A stretch of DNA of 64,000 nucleotides. Origin: Octopus vulgaris. Lineage: Eukaryota. A program made the translations under genes and the position numbers. The stretch's first letter is position 1. The number at the start of each line of letters is the position of its first letter. The notes beneath the pieces were generated by a model. That model searched no databases, was not told the origin of the DNA, and saw only the letters and a list, made by a program, of their open reading frames with translations. The stretch covers positions 48,050,001-48,114,000 of the forward strand of contig OX597836.1 of assembly GCA_951406725.2 (NCBI GenBank), read 5' to 3'. This document shows, piece by piece, positions 12,283 through 26,618 of the stretch.

Positions 12283-13409
12283 GACCCTTCGATATTGGTC
12301 TACAGAGTATCAGTATGAGGAGACGGTGTCAGTCACCCTCTTTTTCAGCCTTGCCTCTTTGTGTATGGCATGAGGGAAGGCTGTGTGTGTTAGAGAGATT
12401 AAAATTAGATGAAGTTAGGAGATTTTTTATGTGTAAATACGTTTCAAAACTTTAAGGTTTTTTTGGAATTCGCCAAATAAGGGAATGTGTGACAGATAAC
12501 CTTTTGAATAACTCTGCGAAAACATTCCCATTAGTATTTCGGGAACTGGCTTGACATAATATTCTTCTAACCGTTGTTTATGTTGTCGGATAATTTTCCG
12601 TACACAACTCAAATTTCTAAATAATTACAGTTGTGACATTTTCTGACATTCATAGAAGTGAGGAAAATTTCTCAAGTGCGCTAGGATTTTTTTTTTTTTT
12701 ATAGAGGCCGCCTTTAATGACAGCTATCAACACTTCTTGGTGTGACTCAGTCTTGATATACACAAGCAACACAGCACATACATCAAATAGCTTCACTCTC
12801 ATAGTCACACAAAGTCCGTCAAAGCTGATCCCCAATGTCAAACAGAGAAGGGAAGAAATAAAATATTTTGATGCAGAATCCCAAAGCTTATAAACAGCAG
12901 TGGTCCGTCTGAGAGAATAATAATTGAATGTAAGTAAAAAGGGAAACAGAAAGTTAGAGCAACGAGGGTTTTTCACAGAGAGACCATAAACATAGGGATA
13001 TGAGTTCGTATATTTTATATATTTATAATCCTCGCTCTATCGAAATTGAAATAATTCCTGTCGGGCCGTCGACCTTCAGTCAATATCTACAAAATTTGTG
13101 TCGAAACCACATTTTTGTTTGCAATTTGATAATTGGTATTTTGATCGGCGTTATGGGAACGAGGGGGGGAAATAAAAGCTCTGGTTGAATAACAGCAAAT
13201 ATGTTTTAAATATCAATGAAATCGACCGCTTTGGTCTTCATCTGAAGCTACCGAAAACCTCCCTCATTGGGGTTAATATCACAACCAGACTAAATGCATG
13301 GATATGACTGCGTATTTTCTTTCATCTTTTAACCTACACTATATTGATACTGTAGTAAATTTCAAGTCTAACAATATAAAATTACTGTACTTGATAGCAT
13401 TTAAGACGT

Positions 13410-13632
13410 ACAGTCTTATCGCGGGTGTTACGTTCCAACCCATCTACCCCGCGATAGGTGAAAATCCGCGAAGTACAAACAGTACTGTACTGTATATTTT
13501 ATTATTATTATTATTTTTATAATTTATATATATTTATTTTATTATAAATGCAAAACAAAACCACGGAGGAATCGACGTAAGCCTAAATAATAAACCGCGT
13601 TGGGTGAACTACGATATGGCGAAGGAGTACTG
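13410..13632. mobile_element. Tigger/pogo-like MITE
   Basis: ta-cagt...atcgcgg...ccgcgatag...cgatatggcgaaggagtactg-ta; CAGT/ACTG ends flanked by TA. Confidence 0.55.
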
Positions 13633-13971
13633 TACTTCGTTTTTTAAAAAATCCCCCCGATTCCTGTATGTAAAGCTGGGTTTCCCATAAGCTTAAATGC
13701 ACTAAAATCTATTTTTCCCGAATAAGATCTGCTGAGATAAGGGTGCGTCAAATATCCCGTGCGTCTTTTATTCCATAACCGTATAATGGTTTCTGAAAGA
13801 GGCAGAGCCATTTAATCGCTTCCAGTTCGCGCCTGGTTTTTATTTCATCAACTCGAAAAAAGAAGAAAAATACATTTCGACGAAATTTGAACGCAAAACG
13901 TGATTCGGATGTAACTGAATCCTGGAAGGCATCTTATGAACCGACCTACGCTGGAGATGCGTAGTGTCCGC

Positions 13972-14046
13972 ACATACACACATACATACATACATACACA
14001 CATACATACATACATACACACATACATACATACACACACACACACA

Positions 14047-14082
<36 letters not shown>

Positions 14083-15175
14083 CACACACACACACATACA
14101 TACATACATACATACATACATACATACATACATACATACATACACACACACACATACATACATACATACATACATACACACACATGTACATACATACATA
14201 CATACATACACACATACATACATACATACATACACACATACATACACACACATACATACATACACACATACATACATACATACATACATACATACATACA
14301 CACATACATACATACATACATACGTACGTACGTACATACATACATACACACACACATACATACATACATACATACATACATACATACATACGTACGTACA
14401 TACATACATACACACACACACACATACATACATACATACATACATACATACATACGTACGTACGTACATACATACATACACACACATACATACATACATA
14501 CATACATACATACGTACGTACGTACGTACATACATACATACACACACATACATACATACATACATACATACATACATACATACATACATACACACATACA
14601 TACATACATACACACATACATACATACACACATACATACACACACACATACATACATACATACATACACACACACACATACATACATACACACACACATA
14701 CATACATACACACATACATACATGCATACACACATACATGCATACATACATACATACATACACACATACATACATACACTCACTCATACACACACACATA
14801 CATACATACATACACACATACATACATACATACATACATACATACACACATACATACACACACATACATACATACACACATACATACATACATACATACA
14901 TACATACATACATACACATACATACATACATACATACATACATACATACGTACGTACGTACATACATACATACACACACACATACATACATACATACATA
15001 CATACATACATACATACATACATACATACATACATACATACACATACATACATACACATACATACATACATACACACATACATACATACACACATACATA
15101 CACACACACATACATACATACACACATACATACATACATACATACATACATACATACATACGTACGTACGTACGT

Positions 15176-15206
<31 letters not shown>

Positions 15207-16147
15207 TACATACATACATACATACATACATGTACATACATACATACATACACATACACATACATACATACATACACACATACATACATACACACATACA
15301 TACACACACACATACATACATACACACATACATACATACATACACACATACATGCATACATACATACACACATACATACACACACACATACATACATACA
15401 TACATACATACATACATACATACATACATACATACATACATACATACATACATACATACATACATACATACATACACACATACATACATACACACATACA
15501 TACATACATACACACATACATGCATACATACATACACACATACATACATACATACACTCACTCATACACACACACATACATACATACATACACACATACA
15601 TACATACATACATACATACACACATACATACATACATACATACACACATACATACACACATACATACATACACACATACATACATACATACATATATACA
15701 TACATACATACACACACATACACACATACACACATACATACATACACACATACATACATACACACATACATACATACATACATACACACATACATACGCA
15801 CATACATACACACATGCATACACACATACATACATACATACACACATACATACATACATATATACACACATATATACATACATACACAGACACATACACA
15901 CACACATACATACACACACATACATACACACATATATACATACATACACAGACACACACACATACATACACACACATACATACACACATATACATACATA
16001 CATACACACATATATACATACATACACAGACACATACACACACATACATATACACACATATATACATACATACACAGACATATACACACACACATACATA
16101 CACACACATACATACACACATATATACATACACACATACACACACAA
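13972..16147. repeat. Compound (TACA)n/(CA)n microsatellite array, about 2.2 kb
   Basis: Directly visible; source of the long HTYI/MYVC artefact ORFs. Confidence 0.98.
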
Positions 16148-16261
16148 TACCAGAACATTTCTAGCCGTTATCGTAATATTGTGTAAAAGGAAAAAAAACA
16201 AAAAGAAAATCTACTCATAAACTTGATCGATTTGCGTTTTTAAGTCACTGCCGGGTTGTGT

Positions 16262-16476
16262 ACTCTTTTTTTACTCTTTTTTTCTTGTGGCCATGCTGGA
16301 GCACCGCCTTTAGTCAAGCACATCGACCCTAGGACTTATTCTTTGTAAGCCTAGTACTTATTCTATCGCTCTCTTTTGCTGAACCGCTAAGTTACAAGGA
16401 CGTAAACACACCAGCATCGGTTGTCAAGTGATATTGGAAGGACAAACACAGACACACAAACATATACACACACACA

Positions 16477-16508
<32 letters not shown>

Positions 16509-16682
16509 AATATAAGATAGTGACCACTATATGGTCGACTCTAGCGCTAAAAATAGATCCGCTATGGTATTAGCCACTAAAAAATTGTTTCCAAGGAGAA
16601 TTAACACAATATTTGCGCTAAGCCACTTGGTGTTAAATTGATGGTATTATTAAATTAATATCTAATTTTTCACCCTTATTTG

Positions 16683-16747
<65 letters not shown>

Positions 16748-16925
16748 TACATATATACATACAACGGGCTTCTTTCAGTTTCCGTCTGCCGAATCCACTC
16801 ACAAGGCTTTGGTTGGCCCGAGGCTATAATAGAAGACATTTGCCCAAGGTGCCACGCAGTGGGACTGAACCTGGAACCATGTAGTTTGTAAGCAAGCTAC
16901 TTACCACACAGCCACTCCTACGCCT
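16262..16925 (-). mobile_element. SINE family A with an insertion of about 180 bp inside its (TA)n
   Basis: Family A halves at 16262-16480 and 16760-16925; unrelated sequence at about 16510-16685 between two (TA)n tracts. Confidence 0.85.
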
Positions 16926-17475
16926 GTGTGTTTAATTTGTTCACTGAACACCGCTGCAAATTCCCCCTTGTTTTTCAAAAATCCCCCCTAAATCACAAAT
17001 TAATGGGGTGGTGAATGTGCCCTATTTTTCAAATCCTGGCTGCAACACTGAAGCTGGAAGCTGGATAATAATCTAATTCTAGACTTTATCACATTCATGA
17101 ATATAAACACATTTTTAAGCACAACACAGGCAGAGTCAAAAAGAAATTCTAGCTTTCACCAGCACACTGGGGTTGGCACTGCATGAACCACAGTGCTCTC
17201 TCTCCCTAGCATGCAGCTTCATATCTCAAACATGTGAGCATGTGCATAACAGCCAAACACTGCGCTGCTGGATCTGTGAAGCGCACTGTTCTATACAAGG
17301 AATTTTGTATTTTTTTAATAAACTAGGGGATGGCTACTGGCATTGAGCTTAAGGATTATAAAATGTAAAAGTATAAAGAAAGAATTAAAGAAAAAACACG
17401 ACTCATTTTATTGAACGTTATCGATAATATTGAGTGGAAGTTCTGCAGTTCCTATACACAAGCCGCCACTGCACA

Positions 17476-17828
17476 ATACATACATACATGTATGCAACCA
17501 TACACACATACATACATACATACATACATACATACATACATACATACACACACACATACATACATACATACATACACACGCACATACTTATACATACATA
17601 CGCACATACTTATACACACCTATACATACATACACATGCAGACATACATACATACACACATGCACATATACACACTTACAAACACACATACATGCATGCA
17701 TACATACATACATACATGCATGCATACATACATACATACATACACATACATACATACATACATGCATGCATGCATGCATACATACATACATGCATACACA
17801 CATACGCATGTACGCACACACACACACA
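17476..17828. repeat. (TACA)n/(TGCA)n microsatellite
   Basis: Directly visible. Confidence 0.95.
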
Positions 17829-17977
17829 ATATCTTTGACTCTTATAGTCTGTGGCCCAGCAACAAAATTTGCTTTAATGGGTGCAAACTCAGATCCAAAC
17901 TTTTTAATGAAAAATTTTGGATTTTTTTAATGTTAACATTAAAACAAATGCAGGTATAATAATAATGTTTATTGTTG

Positions 17978-18470
17978 TGGGGGTCGGCTGAAATGTCCAT
18001 AGGCTGAGCAAGACTCTCTCATGGAATGGGACCAAATGAAGTTCATGTTTTAACATAGTTCCCATTACTGTCCACACGCTTCCATCCGTAGTTGCAGTGC
18101 TTGGATCGCACTGGTGAAGAAGCTGTCCTGTTGGTCAAAATGGTCATCAACAGCAGATAAGATGTCATCATCACTTTGATACTGGAGCCCAGCTGAGTGT
18201 TTGTCTATGTTGGGAAACAGATGGAACCAAACCACTAACATAGGGAAGGTGATCAACCAGTTCAAAGCCAGTCATGCACAGCAACCATTGAAACCAAGGA
18301 CTTGTGTGCTGAAGCATTGTCCTAATGGAACAAGACCACATCCATCGGTTTTTCTGGGTGTTTGGTCTTGGTAGCCTTTCATAACTGCCTTAGCAACTTG
18401 GCATTGAACTTGCCATTGATGGTTTGATCATTATGAAGATAGTCAATAAACACAATGTTTTTTTGCATTA
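17978..18470 (-). pseudogene. Mariner transposase C-terminal fragment
   Basis: FHLFPNIDKHSAGLQYQSDDDILSAVDDHFDQQDSFFTSAIQALQLR matches the mariner C-terminus pattern. Confidence 0.75.
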
Positions 18471-18792
18471 ACGTATAGTATATGTAATAATGTGAAATAT
18501 ATTTTGCATATTAAAATGTTTCATTTTGGAAATATATCAAGCAGTAAAAATACAAATTGTAAGAATTTCAAAATGTGGGACACAACATGACGAAAACTAA
18601 CAAAAACAAAAAGGAAGGAAATAGTGGTGCTTGTGTTCCAAAGGTACAATGAAGAAGGCTCAGGAGAAGGATAGAGAGATGGGATAGAAGGGAAGAAAGA
18701 TAGAAGGAAAGAAAAGAATGAAAAGTGAAAAGGTAAAGTGGGGGTCTGAAGTGAGTGGTAAGCAGGAGATGAAACAAAATACGTCTTACTCA

Positions 18793-18937
18793 TGTCCCTG
18801 AAACTTAGCAGTTCAGCAAAAGAGAACGATAGAATAAGTACTAGGCTTACAAAGAATAAGTTCTGGGGTCGATTTGTTTGACTGAAGGTGGTGTTCCAGC
18901 ATGGCCACAGTCAAATGACTGAAACATGTAAAAGAGA
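18793..18937 (+). mobile_element. SINE family A 3' half
   Basis: acttagcagttcagcaaaagag...cagcatggccacagtcaaatgactgaaac. Confidence 0.8.
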
Positions 18938-20177
18938 ATATACACTCACACACAGAGTGAGACAGACAAAGTGATTAAAAAATTGCCCAGAAGGGAGCAA
19001 TTTGAAGAATCCCATACAAGTGGTGGGTACAGCGGCAGCGGTGTAAGATGTGTGTTTTGGCGTTGGCTGGAGCTGTTTGTACGAATTGCACGTTTTGTCC
19101 CAGGTAAATGAGTGAAATTGCAGTCACTGCATATGCACAGTCCCTTGCATTGAGAAAACTGGCATATTTTGGGGTATCAAGCATTTATAGATTTTATTGG
19201 CAGATTTATCATGAAGCTGTGAGGTATACAATCAAATTGGGGTGGACCGTGGGGGAAAGAAAGGTGTGACAGTAGTGGTGGTCATGGTTGTATCAGTAGA
19301 ATATTATGGCAATGATGATGATGATGACGATGGATCAGTTTTAGGATTCGGAGAAAATGAAGAATGTGAATAGTTGGACAGTGAAGGGCTTTTCATTGTG
19401 GAATTTAATAAAAGGTCATCAAATGTGCTAGTTTTGAGGAGTGACCATACTGCTGTTCATGCTATTGTTGTTGTCGTTGCTGTTGTTGCTATCTATATAT
19501 ACTTTAAATTTTGATGTTGATGGTGCTTTAGTTCAGTAGCCTATCCTTTTAGAGAATTCCCTTGGGAATTTTTTTGAGAAGGAACCTAACTTCAAACCAC
19601 ATTTTACAGATCAGTTTTTAGACACTATGTTCTAAACCTGGCAAAATATGTAAGGGGTGCAAATTTTGATTTTGCACCCACTAAAAATTTTAGTGGCCAC
19701 ACTCGCACCCCCTGCGCCTTCTTATTCCCAAACCCTTGCTTATAATTCAAGTTCTGTTCCTCTGTGTCTTCCACGAGTTGTGGAATGTAGATACACATAC
19801 ACACACAGGAACAAGCATGCACACACACACACACACACACACCTACAGAGAGGAACAAGCACTCACGCACAACTCATGAGCTTTCTCTTCCCATTTCCAG
19901 ACGTCAAAGCTGACAGTTGACAAGAAAACCGAGTTCTCTTGTTATGATTCTTCGAGCCAAGGCGAAAGAATGCCCTTTGCCGATAAGATCTTTTATCCAT
20001 GTAATCGTAGACATAAGCCTATACTGAATTCCAGTGCATTTCTGAGCTCTGGAAATATTGAAGCAAAAGAATCTCGTTCTTTATTATATAAACAAACGCG
20101 CTGAAGAAATTTCTCTTCTTTGCTGGAAACAGAGACAATAAAGAAAATAAGGATGCGTGTAAGAAGGAAGTCATATC

Positions 20178-20286
20178 AATGCACGCGTGCGTGCACGGAC
20201 ACACATACACACATACACACGCACTCACACACACGTACGCGCGCACACACACGCGCGCGCGCGCACACACACACACACACACGCAC

Positions 20287-20348
<62 letters not shown>

Positions 20349-20368
20349 ACGCACGCACGCACGCGCGC
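20178..20368. repeat. (CA)n/(CG)n/(CACG)n alternating purine-pyrimidine tract
   Basis: Directly visible; a (GT)n/(GA)n tract follows at about 20655-20760. Confidence 0.95.
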
Positions 20369-20728
20369 GGTGGGTGAGAAAAAGGAAAACGTAACTTCCT
20401 TTGTTGACAAGTTCTACTTCATTATTTACACATTGTTATATTGTGTCTATCTTCGCAGACGTATTTCGTTCTTTGGATTTGGTTTGCAAGATTCTTTAGT
20501 TCGTGTGCCGAAGCAAAAGAGAACGACTCTCCCCAGACGCAACAGAATTCACAGTTGTTTATATAGATCTATATCACTGTCTGTGTGTGTGTGTATACAT
20601 ATACATGTGTGGGTATGTGTCTCTATATCTGTCTATCTGTATGTAGGTACATACATGTGTGTGTGTGTGTGTGTGTGAGAGAGAAAGAGAGAGAGAGAAA
20701 GAGACAGAGAGAAAAAGAGAGAGAGAGT

Positions 20729-20761
<33 letters not shown>

Positions 20762-21174
20762 TTGATTTATTACTCCTATAGAACGGCAACCTGCATAAAT
20801 ATAAAACAGAAATAAGAGACGTTCAGGTTTATGCCTTGTGTATACGCAGACATGTGCACATGCATGCTCCAGTATGTCCGCACGAACTTACACAAACAGC
20901 ATCTGCACACACACGTACACACAAACCAAACACAGCAAAACAAAAAATCTCTCAGCTCAATGAAATGCCCACTCGCCAATGACGGACGGCAAACTAAAAT
21001 GATGAGCAGATATTAGAAGAGCTTCTAGTCTTCAACCAACGACTGTACAGACAATCATAAGCAGGGATGGTTCTTCTAAAGTTAAGGCTTCTGCTCCGAG
21101 TGGATCACTTTTAGCTACAACAAAATTACCAATAGAAACAAGCCTAATGGAAAATAAAAGACTTTTATTAAACA

Positions 21175-21668
21175 CTAGCAGTATCGCCCGGCGTTGCTCG
21201 GGTTTGTAAGGGAAATAACTATATAAGCATTTTTAGAGATGTAAAGTATAATAGCCATCTCAATATGGATAACCACAAAGGGGGGGGGTGTTACTGTAGC
21301 TTCTTACGTTCTGAGATTTAATACATTTTTAGAGAGTTACTTCCCTTATATATGCCAAAAATGCATTAAAAATGAGAAAAATTGATGGTAAATTTTTTTT
21401 TAATCGTAAACTCATCGTAGACATTTTTAGAGAGTTACTTCCCTTATATAATAGTGAAAAAATGCATTCAAAGGGAAAAAATGATGGTAAATTTTTTTTT
21501 AAATCGTAGACTCATCGTAGACGCGCGCTAATACCCAGAAGGGCTCGATATGAATCACGACTATAAGATACCCGGTTTTGATTAAACTGCACCGCAAAAT
21601 GTGGGAGTAGTTAGGAATCTAAATCGTAGGAGACAGACAGCACGCAACCTCACTTTTATATATAAAGA
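21175..21668 (-). mobile_element. Non-autonomous Helitron
   Basis: Minus strand starts TCtttatatata and ends with hairpin cccgagcaacgccggg followed by CTAG; inserted between A and T; internal tandem repeat (catttttagagagttacttccctta). Confidence 0.8.
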
Positions 21669-21809
21669 TATTGATATGCATCACCGTAACTTTCCCTGTT
21701 GATTATTAGATGCCATGCAATTGAAAGTGTTAAGTGTATTTGATAAACATTTGCTTCTTGAGATAAGAATAAAAACCTCACGGCAAACCAAAGTTTGAGC
21801 AGTTTACAT

Positions 21810-22208
21810 GAGTGGTTTCTAAACTTTTTCAGGCTGCTGCCCTCTTGGCACCGGGTCCACATTTCCAGTGCCCCCCACACCACCCAGCTCACCACCACAC
21901 ACACAGACTATTTTCTGCAAGAAATTCAAATGAAACTTAACTTAATTAAGCAATTAGTTTGTTGTTTCGACAACCAGTGTTTATTGCTCCTGAGCATCTA
22001 TCTTCCTAGTTAACCTTCCTTTGACATTGCTGCACCTCTTATGTGTCCATAGCTTACACTTGGTATATCTTATAGAGTTTCTACCTTTAATAATAATATT
22101 CTTTAATAATATCCTTTTCGCCACTTTATTATCGCTCCTCTTTTCTTCGATACCCACCGCCCCCAGATTTTTCCAGTGGGGCAGTACTGCCCACTTTGGG
22201 AACCACTG
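21810..22208. mobile_element. hAT (Charlie-like) MITE containing an RTE internal fragment
   Basis: Ends gagtggtttctaaac / tttgggaaccactg; about 21980-22087 is homologous to RTE sequence at about 37953-38072. Confidence 0.6.
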
Positions 22209-22732
22209 ATTTGCACAAACCAAAAACACACAGAGATAACAGGAGAATCTGCAAGTGTGGGCAAAGAAGTTGCTGCTGATTTCGCAGCTTTATTGAAAAA
22301 GGAGAATTCTTGGCGGCAGTAGTAGTAGTAGTAGTAGTAGGAGGAGGAGGAGGAGGAGTGGAATCACCAAGAATTTTAACAATTCAAAGGTTTCTGTGAA
22401 GCTTTTCAATGAATAGATAAAGCTATGCCCAGTTTCAGTGAAAAAGGGCCCCAAAGAGATAGAGAAGTTCAAAAGCAAACACTTTAATTATGAGTGAAAA
22501 GAACTGCCATAACGAATTTATTATGAATGCAAGTAAAAATAATATATATATATATAACAGCAAATTTTGGCACCATTTAAGTAAATAATTATCTCACCTA
22601 ATTTTATTTATCTGTCTCAAGTGTATTTATTGCACCAATATATTTCAATGTTTAATTCTGGAAGTGCTTTGAATCTTTATTTAGAAATTTGTTGATTTTG
22701 TGACTATGAATATGCCATAGGAATATATCGTA

Positions 22733-23133
22733 TAGGCATAGGAGTGGCTGTGTGGTAAGTAGCTTGTTTACCAACCACATGGTTCCGGGTTCAGTCCCAC
22801 TGCGTGGCACCTTGGGCAAGTGTCTTCTACTATAGCCTCGGGCCGACCAAAGCCTTGTGAGTGGATTTGGTAGACGGAAACTGAAAGAAGCCTGTCGTAT
22901 ATATGTATATATATATGTGTGTGTTTGTGTTTGTCCCCCTAGCATTGCTTGACAACCGATGCTGGTGTGTTTATGTCCCCGTTACTTAGCAGTTCGGCAA
23001 AAGAGACCAATAGAATAAGTACTGGGCTTACAAAAGAATAAGTCCCGGGGTCGAGTTGATCGATTAAAGGCGGTGCTCTAGCACGGCCGCAGTCAACTGA
23101 CTGAAACAAGTAAAAGAGTAAAGAGTAAAGAGT
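22733..23133 (+). mobile_element. SINE family A, young copy
   Basis: Near-identical to 60232-60609; (AAGAGTA)n tail. Confidence 0.92.
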
Positions 23134-23419
23134 ATAATTAATATAACTCGTGTTTATATCATTGAAGCCTTGGTAAAGCTGGTTTCTTTAAACATTGTCT
23201 CACTTGAAGCTGTCCACAACTCAAGAACCTGTCCACAACATTCACTGACGACTCTTTTGCCACAAAAGTGAATATAAAAACATTTTCTTTTATATGACTT
23301 TCAGGATTTCTTCCAGGATATCATTGTTCCAATTTCCACACGTCCTTAATTCAAATCACCAAACAAACAAACACAACACTAAAAAAATATTTAACATAAG
23401 TTTTCTATAATCAACGTTC

Positions 23420-23573
23420 TTTCTTTTATTCTTTTACTTATTCTATCGTTCTCTTTTGCCAAACCACTAAGTTACAGGGATTTAAACACACCAGCATCGG
23501 TTGTCAAGCGATGTTGGTGGGACAAACACAGACACACAAACATATACATACATACATACAACAAATATATATA

Positions 23574-23607
<34 letters not shown>

Positions 23608-23771
23608 CGATGGGCTTCTTTCAGTTTCCGTCTACCAAATCCACTCACAAGACATTGGTCGGCCTGAGGCTATAGTAGAAGACAGTTGCCCAAGGTTCCA
23701 TGCAGTGAGACTGAACTCAGAACCATGTGGTTGATAAGCAAGCTACTTACCACACAGCCATTCCTGCATCT
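23420..23771 (-). mobile_element. SINE family A
   Basis: Reverse-strand homology; lies inverted relative to the 22733 copy. Confidence 0.85.
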
Positions 23772-23905
23772 GTGATTATCAAAACATTAACTTGTTTGAG
23801 TCTATAATTGTTATCCTAATTTAATCATCTTAATGACTTTCATACTGTTTTCAATCAATTGTTCATTTCTCCATTGAAATGTGAAATTTTAGTCAATGAA
23901 AAATA

Positions 23906-25117
23906 TTAGATCATCCCATAAATAATGCATTTTATTTCAATTGTATGTACTAAAAGTCAGAGGGGGATGGGATAAACTACCTGCATCAACTTTCTATAAA
24001 AGCAGGTAGTAATTTTACCTTGTGCTTATTCATAGTACAAGTTTTGAAGAGTGCAGTTCGATTTTAACAGTAATTTTTTAAAGCTATAATGGAAGTGACA
24101 AAGGAGCATATTCAGCATATTTTGCTTTATGAGTTCAATAAAGTTCAACAATGGAATGGAAAGGGTGAGGAATATTAATGCAGTATATGGGGATCGGACA
24201 ATAAGCATAAACCAGTGTCAACAGAGGTTCCAGAAATTCTGAGCCGGAAACTACAGCCTAGAAGATGAGCCTTGTCCTGGAAGATCTGTAGAGTTCGATG
24301 AGGACATCCTGCAAACCCTGGTGGGATAAAATACCATTGTAACTGTTGAGGAACTAGCAGAGAAACTTGGATTTGGTCAGTCAACCATTCACTGACACCT
24401 GTGTGCCATTGGAAAAGTCAGCAAATTGGGTCAATGGGTTCCTCACAAACTTTCCAAGTTTAATTGTGTGCAGAGAGTGAATGTGTGCTCTTCTCTGCTG
24501 TCATGTCTCACGAATGGACCATTTTTGGACTGAATTGTGACTGGTGACGAGAAATGGGTTCTCTATAAAAATGTCAAGTACCAAAGACAGAGTGTAGGGA
24601 AACAAGAAACACTGGCACCCCAGGCTAAAAAAGGTCTTCACCCAAGTAAGGTGTTGTTATCTGTTTGGTGGGATTTGAAAGTTTTAGTAAACTTTGAACT
24701 TTTAAACCCAAACCAAATGATAACAAAGGAGATCTTCAATGAGCAGCTTAAGTCAGCGTTAGAAGAAAAATGACCACCTCTGGTTTCATGACGCAAGGTG
24801 TTCTTCCATACAGCAAGGATGGCATTCCAAAGGCTGGAGCAGTTTGAATGGGAAACGATGCCCCACCCACCATATTTGTTGGACATTGCCCCATCTGATT
24901 ATCATTTATTCCACAGTCAGTCAGAATAGTGCTGGAGGAGTATTTTTCATCATGGACAAGTGAATTTTGGAAGAGGGGCCATGCAAGTCTACCAGATATA
25001 TAGAAGAGCATTGTAGAAAATGAAGGAGTGTATATTTTAGATTAAAAAAGAACTTTATCTTAATTTTGAATAATAAAAAAAGTATAAAAAAGCTGCATTA
25101 TTTATGGGATGACCCAA
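23906..25117 (+). mobile_element. Full-span mariner element with decayed transposase
   Basis: TIRs ttagatcatcccataaataatgca / tgcattatttatgggatgacccaa, TA duplication at both ends; motifs WVPHKL, TGDEKWVLY, HPPY..DIAPSDYHLF with stops and frameshifts. Confidence 0.92.
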
Positions 25118-25374
25118 TAGTTTTTTTCTTCTTCTTACATTGACTGCCACAGTCTTCATTAGTCTTAAAATTTTCTCATTAAAACAGAACTGTTTTAATG
25201 AACTGTTTTAATGAAGCCATCAACCTTTTAGAGTATTTTTTGAATTAAACTTCCTGAAATCCTTTATAAAAGCATTTTGTGTTGCTTACTTTTTACTCAG
25301 CCTGATATATATATGTATATATATATATATATATATATAATAAGAGTATATATATATATATATATATGCTTCAT

Positions 25375-25456
<82 letters not shown>

Positions 25457-25508
25457 TATATAGGCTGAGTAAAAGTACAACAAAATGTTTTATATATATA
25501 TATATATG

Positions 25509-25595
<87 letters not shown>

Positions 25596-26237
25596 TACAC
25601 TCCCACCCAAACTAACTCTTGTCCTTCTATCACCTCTACTTTGAGCCTACCCTAAGTACAATACTTAATACTTATTCACCAAAATAGATATTTCCTCCTC
25701 TTACACACACACATACACTGTTGCTGATCTTCACAAAAGTTCAAACTGAAGATCAACTGCATTAAACCTAGCCAGCTGTGATTGTCCCCTTGTCTTGGCA
25801 GACCTACAAAGGCTATGGCTGACGTATTTGCTATTCACCATCATGAAACAAGACTATCAAAAACTGATAATTAAATTGGGGATTATTTAAATTATTTCAT
25901 AAAATGAAGGCTAGCCAAAGCCTTCTGAATGTATTATTTGGTAGATGGAAACTGAAAGAAGCCTGTGTGTGTGTGTTTGCCTTGGCATCACGTGATATTT
26001 GTCTATGAATGTCTATGTCACACAAGCGCTGTTTCTCATTCCCAGTCTTCTGCAGAAACATGTCTGGTCAATGGGAAATATCACCTCTGAAAGCAGTTGA
26101 GGATTGGCAACAGGAAGGGCATCCAACCGTAGAAAATTCATCTCGATAAAATTTCACCTGACCCATACAAACTTAGAAAAGTGGACGTTAAAACGACTAC
26201 TTTTTTATGCTCGCATGATGAATAGAAAATAGTTTCA

Positions 26238-26618
26238 CTTTTACTCTTTTACTCTTTTACTTGTTTCAGTCAGCGGCCATGCTGGAGCACCGCTTTAGTC
26301 GAGCAACTCGACCCCGGGACTTATTCTTTGTAAGCCCAGTACTTATTCTATTGGTCTCTTTTGCCGAACCACTAAGTTACGGGGACATAAACACACCAGC
26401 ATCGGTTGTCAAGCAACACACAAACATACACGCACACATATATACATATACATATATATACGACGGGCTTCTTTCAGTTTCCGTCTACCAAATCCACTCA
26501 CAAGGCTTTGGTCGGCCCGAGGCTATAGTAGAAGACACTTGCCCAAGGTGCCACGCAGTGGGACTGAATCCAGGACCATGTGGTTGGTAAGCAAGCTACT
26601 TACCACACAGCCACTCCT
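26238..26618 (-). mobile_element. SINE family A
   Basis: Reverse-strand homology to family A. Confidence 0.9.

Noticed and set aside
13215-13250. Minus-strand cagatgaa-gacc-aaagc-ggtc-gattt resembling a hammerhead
   Set aside because: Both core boxes are mismatched; a 4-bp stem is expected by chance
13840-16220. ORFs of up to 742 aa (HTYI/MYVC repeats)
   Set aside because: Translations of a stop-free TACA microsatellite, open in many frames on both strands
19090-19170. CCCH zinc-finger-like peptide on the minus strand (ICQFSQCKGLCICSDCNFTH)
   Set aside because: In-frame stop just upstream and no clear splice acceptor; probably chance or a decayed retroelement ORF1
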